Shown one piece after another: positions 57,634 through 64,000 of a stretch of 64,000 bases of DNA. The number at the start of each line of letters is the position of its first letter. Position 1 is the stretch's first letter. The notes below the pieces were generated by a model. It made no database searches. It saw nothing but the letters and a program-made list of their open reading frames with translations, and was not told the DNA's origin. The DNA comes from Candidatus Campbellbacteria bacterium (GTDB lineage: Bacteria; Patescibacteriota; Minisyncoccia; Phycocordibacterales; UBA1006). The position numbers and the translations under genes are program-made. Location of the stretch: assembly GCA_002698305.1 (NCBI GenBank), contig NZWR01000005.1, positions 66,047 to 130,046 of the forward strand, read 5' to 3'.

Positions 57634-57999
57634 ATGATAGGCAAAGCATATTTGATATTTCCGGAAAATTGGTTTAGAGCGAAAGCAGATCCTCAGATTT
57701 CATGTGAGTTGATTGCAAGAAAAGACTTAGCAGAGAAAATACTTAATGAAAAAATTCGTGGTTTCAAGATCAAGGAAATACAATCTGAGCATCTTATAAT
57801 TCCTGATACTGGATTTATATCTGCGGAAATTTTTCAAACAAGACATAAAAAATTACGGAAAATTGCTGATGAAAATGGATATATGTATTACAGTATGACA
57901 ATCCCAAGAGAAGAGTTCTGCGAACATTTGTATCCTAAAATTATACAGGCTGCGAAACACGAGGCTGTAAAAAATAAAATACTAGAGCTTAATAACTAA
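57634..57999 (+). CDS. Hypothetical protein
   Basis: 121-aa ORF with AT-rich leader, opposite to its neighbours. Confidence 0.6.
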   Translation: MIGKAYLIFPENWFRAKADPQISCELIARKDLAEKILNEKIRGFKIKEIQSEHLIIPDTGFISAEIFQTRHKKLRKIADENGYMYYSMTIPREEFCEHLYPKIIQAAKHEAVKNKILELNN

Positions 58000-58032
58000 G
58001 AAAATCTCCCAGATACCATTTGGTACTGGGAG

Positions 58033-59010
58033 TTATTTATTTTCTAAGTATTTAATAAGTTCTTTTTTAACTTGTGCAATTGATTCGTCATCATAGGCTG
58101 ACATCACAAATATTTTTTCAGGATCTACTTTAAAAGCAAATTCGTCTTTTAGTTTTTCAATATCCTGAGCTTCTGCAGCGTCAGATTTTGACAAGAGAAT
58201 AAGTTCTTTTTTATCTAATAGCGTTTTGTCATAGGCGGCAAGTTCATTTCTAATCACATTGTAATCCTCAAAAGGATACTCTGACTCTAATGAAATAACA
58301 TGCAGAAGAACTTCTGTTCGTTTGATATGTTTCAGGAATTTGTGACCAAGACCTTTTCCATCTGCTGCGCCTTCAATGATTCCAGGAATATCTGCCAAAA
58401 TATGACCGTGCATATCTCCCAAGTGTGGATCAAGCGTTGTAAAGTGATAGGCAGCAACTTTTGATTTTGCATTGGTGAGTGCATTTAGCAATGTTGACTT
58501 ACCGGCACTTGGTAAACCAATAATTCCAATCTCAGCAAATAAGCGAAGCTCTACAAAAAACTCTGCAGTTTCTCCGGGTTTACCTGGTGTCCATTCCATT
58601 GGCGTGGTGTTGGTAGAGGATTTAAAATGTTGATTACCAAGCCCTCCTTGGCCACCCTTCAAAAGTAATATTTTTTCACCAACCGTATCTAGACTCATTT
58701 CTTCACCAGTGTTTTTATTAATAAGAACCGAACCACGAGGGAATTTAAGAATAATATCTTCTCCATTTTTCCCTTCCATACCAAGTTTACCACCAGGATC
58801 TCCTGCTTGCGCCGCAAAACTTTTTTTATGAAGATAGTAGTCTAAATACCCAAGATCAGAAACGACCTCTGCATATACATCTCCACCACGTCCACCGTTT
58901 CCACCGCCTGGACCTGCTTTTGGTTTAAATTTTTCACTACGCCAGCGGACAACTCCATTCCCTCCATCACCAGCCTTTAGCTGCAGCGTTACTTCATCTA
59001 TAAGTGCCAT
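58033..59010 (-). CDS. obgE: GTPase Obg/CgtA
   Basis: Gly-rich Obg domain, GLPSAGKST, YHFTT, DIPG, GLGHKFL.HI.R. Confidence 0.95.
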   Translation of the reverse strand: MALIDEVTLQLKAGDGGNGVVRWRSEKFKPKAGPGGGNGGRGGDVYAEVVSDLGYLDYYLHKKSFAAQAGDPGGKLGMEGKNGEDIILKFPRGSVLINKNTGEEMSLDTVGEKILLLKGGQGGLGNQHFKSSTNTTPMEWTPGKPGETAEFFVELRLFAEIGIIGLPSAGKSTLLNALTNAKSKVAAYHFTTLDPHLGDMHGHILADIPGIIEGAADGKGLGHKFLKHIKRTEVLLHVISLESEYPFEDYNVIRNELAAYDKTLLDKKELILLSKSDAAEAQDIEKLKDEFAFKVDPEKIFVMSAYDDESIAQVKKELIKYLENK

Positions 59011-59061
59011 ACTCTACTCAGTCTAGAACTTTTGGATAATAAGTCAAAATAGGTTACTATT

Positions 59062-59220
59062 ATGAAAAATTATCGTTCTATGAGCATCGGATGTGGAGTT
59101 GAATTACCAAAAAGAGAGCCTGTTGTTGATTTTACAGAAGAGGGAGTATATTCGAAAGAAAATCACAAGGGGTTTTTATTAAATCTATTTCAATCAGTAT
59201 CAAAACTAAAAATTGTATGA
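59062..59220 (+). CDS. Small hypothetical protein (52 aa, not in ORF track)
   Basis: MKNYRSMSIGCGVELPKRE...KLKIV*; fills the gap before a terminator-like hairpin. Confidence 0.35.
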   Translation: MKNYRSMSIGCGVELPKREPVVDFTEEGVYSKENHKGFLLNLFQSVSKLKIV

Positions 59221-59264
59221 AAAAGTAAAAACCTGCGTGAATAAAATCACTGCAGGTTTGTTGT

Positions 59265-60185
59265 TTATGCTTTCAAAGCAAGTTTCGCTAATTTCCAGGC
59301 TCCTTCTTTTGATTTAGCAACTGCCATCCACCTGGCATTGTGGCAGAATAATGCATCTTCAACCCCGGTAATTTCTGCAAGTTCAGCATCACGCTTCCCT
59401 GCCCATGATTCTGGCATTGATTTTCTGTTTTCAAATGAACATGCTGTTTTTCTCATAGCTAACGCTTTCCAGTTAGTGTTACTACGACTGACAATAAACA
59501 TGACTTCTTTATGCTTATCAAGCACTCTCATTAATGAACCAATGGTCACATGGTATGGGATTTCTAAAATTCTTGTGTCTTCGGTAGCGTCATAAATCTC
59601 TTGAATTTTATCAATCATTTCAAGTCTATGTCGCGAGCGTTCAATCTCTCGTTTAATTAGTTTTTCAAAAAAACTCACAAGGTAAACAAATTTTTCATGT
59701 TGTTTTGATTCAGCTCCTGATTCTTTCCAAGTATTTTGATACGCCGAGATAATCCCATACAAACCATAATCACACAGACCAAGTTCAGTTGGATTACTGA
59801 TACTAATACCATTATCAATAGCATCTATAGGTTGAACCAACCTACGATCAATTTCTTGGCTAATTTCTTCATTACCACATAATTCAAACCCATAGTGTTT
59901 CCATATTAAGCCAAACGACGCATACGGTATTCCGTTATCACGAGTACCTGCACCTTCAGGTTGATGGTGATCATACCGCTTTAGATCGTGATCATACACA
60001 CCGCCAACATCAAGAACGATATTCGCTCGCCTAATAATATCCTTGTCACGTGTTCGAGTAATAGCGATGTTTTTACCCTGTTGTTTGTAATATAACGACA
60101 GGGCTGCGCAGGCAAACAAATCGTCTGCATGAAATGAACCATTGTGCGTTACCACGCTTATTTTTTTGTTAAATAGTGAGAACAT
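59265..60185 (-). CDS. MYG1 family (DHH-like) exonuclease
   Basis: THNGSFHADD, RTRD, DVGG, YDHHQ, IDAIDNG, FCH; start ATG 60185. Confidence 0.92.
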   Translation of the reverse strand: MFSLFNKKISVVTHNGSFHADDLFACAALSLYYKQQGKNIAITRTRDKDIIRRANIVLDVGGVYDHDLKRYDHHQPEGAGTRDNGIPYASFGLIWKHYGFELCGNEEISQEIDRRLVQPIDAIDNGISISNPTELGLCDYGLYGIISAYQNTWKESGAESKQHEKFVYLVSFFEKLIKREIERSRHRLEMIDKIQEIYDATEDTRILEIPYHVTIGSLMRVLDKHKEVMFIVSRSNTNWKALAMRKTACSFENRKSMPESWAGKRDAELAEITGVEDALFCHNARWMAVAKSKEGAWKLAKLALKA

Positions 60186-60309
60186 AATCTTAGTATACCT
60201 CAAGAGTACTAGCAAAACTATATTTATTAGTTTTAGGGCATATAGGAAGTGTTATATAAAGAAAAAACCCAAAATAAAGCGGGTTTTAAATATGATTTTC
60301 CTGTATAAC

Positions 60310-60651
60310 TTACCTGGCAACTTTATCAAGTATCCAATTTCCTACGGTAAGAATAATTGACCCATAGACGGCATCCATAAAGGTCAGGACAACAAAGCCA
60401 TCAATAATATCTGCCACGAACCAAAATAGTAAGACGTTAACAATAAATCCAAAAATACCTAAGGTTATTAAATTTAGCGGTAATGTAATAACTGATACAA
60501 TAGGTTTTACTGCAAAATTGATAACCGCAAACAAAAGCGCCACAATAATTGTCGTACGTACAGTATCAATGCTAATACCATTAACAAGTTCAGGTAAAAG
60601 AAAATATACAATTAAACCTGAACCGATAATATGAAGTAAGAATTTACGCAT
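60310..60651 (-). CDS. YvlD / phage holin 4-2 family membrane protein
   Basis: N..VKP...ITLPLNLITLGIF...N motif; 4 TMs. Confidence 0.85.
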   Translation of the reverse strand: MRKFLLHIIGSGLIVYFLLPELVNGISIDTVRTTIIVALLFAVINFAVKPIVSVITLPLNLITLGIFGFIVNVLLFWFVADIIDGFVVLTFMDAVYGSIILTVGNWILDKVAR

Positions 60652-60701
60652 ACCTAGATTTTCTCATGAAAACGTAACTTTGCAAAATAAAAAACTTGGA
60701 A

Positions 60702-61151
60702 CTATCCAAGCATTTCGTCGACAACTTCTTTTACATCATTTCCATCTGCCTGCCCTTTTAATTCGGCCATCAGCGCTCCCATTAATTGCCCTTTGTTTAC
60801 ATCATCTCCTAGCTCTGCTTTTTTTGCTTCAGCTTTGGCTCTAATATCATCTTTTGACATCATTTCTGGTAGGTACTGCTCGATAATAGCAAGTTCTGTT
60901 TTTTCGTCTTCTGCTAGCTCTGGGCGCCCTGCATCTTCATATTGCTGGATCGCATCCTTTCGTTTTTTAGATTCTTTGGTTAGTACCGCCAGCGCCATAT
61001 CATCATCAGCAGGTGTATCTGGTGATTTTCCTGCTGCAACGACAGCATTTGTCATCTCTGACATCAATCCCCTATAGGTAGTAACTGCAGTCATATTTCG
61101 TTCCTTCATAGCAGCTTTCATGTTTTCTTTCATTTGTTCTTGTAGTGTCAT
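60702..61151 (-). CDS. yqeY: GatB/YqeY domain protein
   Basis: MKAAMK, KKRKDAI.QY..AGR.ELA..E..E..II..YLP, GQADG. Confidence 0.9.
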   Translation of the reverse strand: MTLQEQMKENMKAAMKERNMTAVTTYRGLMSEMTNAVVAAGKSPDTPADDDMALAVLTKESKKRKDAIQQYEDAGRPELAEDEKTELAIIEQYLPEMMSKDDIRAKAEAKKAELGDDVNKGQLMGALMAELKGQADGNDVKEVVDEMLG

Positions 61152-61260
61152 AATGAAATAAGTTTAAAATTATTATTCCGAAGTTGCAAGTTAATTTCAA
61201 AATATAATTTAAAATCATTGATTAATTTCTATTAGGTGATTTAATTATAAAAAACGTAAA

Positions 61261-61635
61261 ATGAAGATATTTATCATAAAGCCTAGTAATTTTAAATTAA
61301 TTGAAGGTGAGGTAAGAAAAATTTTGAAAAAAGATATCCAATTTCTGAAGAAAGAGAAAATCTACAAAAGAAAGAATGGCAGATTACCAAAGATAAGTAA
61401 TGTAAGTGGTAAAAAAGTATGTAAACTTTTTATAGAAGCTCCATTATGGAAACCTGATGTGTTTGGCATCACCGGAAAAGAACTTGATTTTCAAGAAAGT
61501 GACGCGGGATACTCTCGCTTGATTTACTTACCGTATGGTACAAAAATGATTATAAATGGAAATGATATTCATTTTATTGAATTCTTTGATAATTCAAAAT
61601 TGCGCATGAGTTACTCTCTAATCGCATTAAGTTAA
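61261..61635 (+). CDS. Hypothetical protein
   Basis: 124-aa ORF with AT-rich leader. Confidence 0.6.
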   Translation: MKIFIIKPSNFKLIEGEVRKILKKDIQFLKKEKIYKRKNGRLPKISNVSGKKVCKLFIEAPLWKPDVFGITGKELDFQESDAGYSRLIYLPYGTKMIINGNDIHFIEFFDNSKLRMSYSLIALS

Positions 61636-61716
61636 AAATCCAAAACTAAAGAGACATGACCTTATCATACCTGATGAGGTTTTTCTTTTACACCAGTTCC
61701 CTGTTATAATTTAACC

Positions 61717-62436
61717 ATGAAACACACTCTTATATTTATCGACACCGAAACGACTGGAGCTGGGCCTGACGACCGATTAATCCAAATTGGCTACCGCACA
61801 ACTGACGGTAAAGATGTAAACCAACTGTACTCATGCGGGCGGAAAATAGAGATTGGCGCCATGGCCGTTCATCACATTACCGAAAAGATGATTGCCAATA
61901 AGCCTGTTTTTACTGATAGTCCCGAATACCACGACTTGAAAGATCGTTTTGAAAAAATGCAGGTTTTTGTTGCACATAATGCGCCATTTGATGTTGCCAT
62001 GATTGAAAAAGAAGGGCTTGATGTTGGGCCTGTTATTGATACTTTGAAAATTGCCCGTGCCCTCGACCCTCATGAAAAAATTGAATCTTACGCCATGCAG
62101 TACTTGCGATATTTACTAGGAATCGAAGTCGAAGCAACAGCACACGACGCCTGGGGAGATATATTAGTTTTAGAACAATTATTCTATCGCCTTTTGAAAA
62201 AAATAACTGAAGAGAAAAATATCACCCAAGATCAAGCAATTGACTGGATGATTGAAGAATCTAAAAAACCTATTCTCTACCGCAGCATTAGGTTTGGAAA
62301 ATATGCTGGTCAAAAATTTGAAGATATCGCAAAAAATGATCCAGGGTACTTGCGTTGGCTCTTAGGTGAAAAAGAAAAAGAAGAAATACCAGATGAAAAC
62401 TGGTTATACACCCTAAAACACTACTTGCATATGTAG
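61717..62436 (+). CDS. DEDDh 3'-5' exonuclease (ExoX-like)
   Basis: DTETTG, VAHNAPFD, AHDAWGD; C-terminal FGKYAG...DPGYLRWL. Confidence 0.9.
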   Translation: MKHTLIFIDTETTGAGPDDRLIQIGYRTTDGKDVNQLYSCGRKIEIGAMAVHHITEKMIANKPVFTDSPEYHDLKDRFEKMQVFVAHNAPFDVAMIEKEGLDVGPVIDTLKIARALDPHEKIESYAMQYLRYLLGIEVEATAHDAWGDILVLEQLFYRLLKKITEEKNITQDQAIDWMIEESKKPILYRSIRFGKYAGQKFEDIAKNDPGYLRWLLGEKEKEEIPDENWLYTLKHYLHM

Positions 62437-62478
62437 TGTTTTATTATATTCGAGATACAATCAATAAAAACAGATGCT

Positions 62479-62592
62479 ATGAATACAATTTATTTAGAAG
62501 ATATTATTTGGGCAATAGGTATTTTGGTTTTTGTTGTTGGGATTATTATGTTGCTTTTATATATACAACTACAAAAAAGAAAAAATAACTAA
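62479..62592 (+). CDS. Small single-TM protein (37 aa, not in ORF track)
   Basis: MNTIYLEDIIWAIGILVFVVGIIMLLLYIQLQKRKNN*: TM followed by a basic tail. Confidence 0.45.
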   Translation: MNTIYLEDIIWAIGILVFVVGIIMLLLYIQLQKRKNN

Positions 62593-62655
62593 ATAAATCC
62601 TGGTATCCCCTACCAGGATTTTTCTATGAAATTATGACCATGATATACTGTCATT

Positions 62656-63741
62656 ATGTTAAATATTGCACTACTGATCCTGGCTATCCTTATTACTGGC
62701 CTTCTAATATTTCTTATTCTTGAGGTTCGGAAAAGTAAAAAACCACAAGAGGATTCTTCATCCATGCAAATGCTGCTACAACAAATGAATGATTTGCGTT
62801 CTAATATGGATGAAAAAATTACTGGTTCACAAAAAGACATGTCCGAAGCCGTTCGTAATCAGTTTTCTGAATCTCAAAAATTAATCCAACGAATTAATGA
62901 GCAAATGTCCTCTAGTCTTCTTAACGTCACCAAAGAAATAACAGAAACAAAAGAAATGAACAAGCAAGTCTTTGACCTAGCTGGACAGTTATCTGATCTT
63001 GAAAAGGTTTTAAAAAATCAGAAAACTCGGGGTAATCTTGGTGAAATGGGACTTGAATTAATTCTTTCAAATGTATTATCCCCCTTGAATTACGAAATGC
63101 AGTACTTGTTCAAAGACGGGAAACAGGTCGACGCTATTATCAAAACAGAATCTGATAAATTTATTCCAGTTGATGCAAAATTTTCATTGGATAATTACCG
63201 AAGATTGGTGGATGAAACCGATGATGATAAACGAGCCGAAATCGAAAAAGCGTTTAAGAATGATTTGAAAAAACGTATTGATGAAACAGCTCAATACATC
63301 AGACCATCAGAAGGAACCCTTCCCTTTGCCTTTATGTTTATTCCTGCTGAAGGAATCTATTATGACCTTCTTATTAACGAAGTCGGAGCTGTTAAGGCAA
63401 ATACTCGTAACCTTATTGATTATGCCTACCATGACAAAAAAGTTATTATTGTTTCTCCAACAACGTTTAGTGCATACTTGCAATCAGTGCTCTATGGATT
63501 CAAAGCATTCCAAATTGAAAAATCAGCTGTAGAAATTCAAAAAAATGTCCAAAAGCTTGGACGCCACCTTTCTGCCTACCATGAAGTATTTGAAAAAATA
63601 GGAAATACACTAGGAACAACGGTGAATCATTATAATAAGGCCTCTAAGGAGTTAGGGAAAATTGATAAAGATATAACCAAGATTACCGGAGACTCACCAG
63701 AACTTGGCATTGACCTTATTGAAAAGCCACAAAAAGACTAA
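62656..63741 (+). CDS. rmuC: DNA recombination protein RmuC
   Basis: N-terminal TM and coiled coil; RGNLGE, VDAKF, FMFIPAE, VSPTT. Confidence 0.93.
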   Translation: MLNIALLILAILITGLLIFLILEVRKSKKPQEDSSSMQMLLQQMNDLRSNMDEKITGSQKDMSEAVRNQFSESQKLIQRINEQMSSSLLNVTKEITETKEMNKQVFDLAGQLSDLEKVLKNQKTRGNLGEMGLELILSNVLSPLNYEMQYLFKDGKQVDAIIKTESDKFIPVDAKFSLDNYRRLVDETDDDKRAEIEKAFKNDLKKRIDETAQYIRPSEGTLPFAFMFIPAEGIYYDLLINEVGAVKANTRNLIDYAYHDKKVIIVSPTTFSAYLQSVLYGFKAFQIEKSAVEIQKNVQKLGRHLSAYHEVFEKIGNTLGTTVNHYNKASKELGKIDKDITKITGDSPELGIDLIEKPQKD

Positions 63742-63796
63742 TTTTGACAGAGTCTTTTTTTTATTTAGAATATATATTAAACAAACACACCAAATA

Positions 63797-63985
63797 ATGA
63801 TAAAAGTACTACGATCAATCGGAAACCTTAATCTAACAAAGAAATTTTTCAGTAAAAAAAACTCGCTACAGGTTGTACACAGAGGAGGTAGAGATATACC
63901 TGGTGTATATACAAGTAGTGAAGACGGACTTGCTCAGAGTCTTGTAGAAGGAGAACAACACACTGCTGGAGGAATTCAAAAATAA
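63797..63985 (+). CDS. Small hypothetical protein
   Basis: ATG at 63797 within the listed ORF; no motif recognised. Confidence 0.35.
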   Translation: MIKVLRSIGNLNLTKKFFSKKNSLQVVHRGGRDIPGVYTSSEDGLAQSLVEGEQHTAGGIQK

Positions 63986-64000
63986 TAAGAGTTGATACCT

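Noticed and set aside
12299..60215. Long N-terminal extensions in the track for gltX, scpA, trpS, murD, the GlmU-like gene, the META protein and MYG1
   Set aside because: The extensions overlap promoters or neighbouring genes; downstream ATGs fit family N-termini, several with an adjacent -10 box.
60310..60651. Prophage inferred from the holin-family gene
   Set aside because: YvlD-type proteins are common chromosomal genes, and the neighbours are housekeeping.
289..63532. Many 60-130 aa antisense or out-of-frame ORFs in the track (e.g. 604-891, 23792-24160, 46813-47199)
   Set aside because: They lie within well-supported genes and have no motifs; shadow ORFs.
1..64000. CRISPR array, rRNA genes, IS transposases
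   Set aside because: No spaced repeats, rRNA-like sequence or transposase motifs seen.

Overview
Low-GC bacterial chromosome segment, gene-dense and mostly housekeeping: cell wall and division (murA/C/D/E/F/G, mraY, ftsW/A/Z, mreB), translation (gltX, aspS, trpS, gatB, frr, rplI, rpsU), repair and replication (nth, uvrC, priA, scpAB, rmuC). Gene content and reduced proteins suggest Patescibacteria/CPR (Parcubacteria-like); this is an inference. It has three tRNAs (Leu-GAG, Ala-TGC, Glu-TTC), a compact T-box before aspS and a SAM-I riboswitch before metK. The main discovery candidate is a 3,180-bp element integrated into tRNA-Ala, bounded by 51-bp direct repeats (25040-25090 and 28220-28270). 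It carries only an intact tyrosine recombinase, a promoter-driven structured non-coding region of about 290 nt closed by a 13-bp long-range inverted repeat, a 299-aa retron-like reverse transcriptase with variant motifs, and a divergent winged-helix-like ORF. A second accessory locus beside tRNA-Glu puts metK directly upstream of a single-chain restriction-modification enzyme and a NYN nuclease, behind a SAM-I riboswitch whose P1 overlaps the downstream hairpin. Also noted: a dif-like site at the gene-strand switch near 9.96 kb, widespread leaderless-type promoters, a 26-bp palindrome before the HTH-MurA fusion, and loss of Fe-S cysteines in Nth and UvrC. All calls come from reading motifs by eye; no searches were run.
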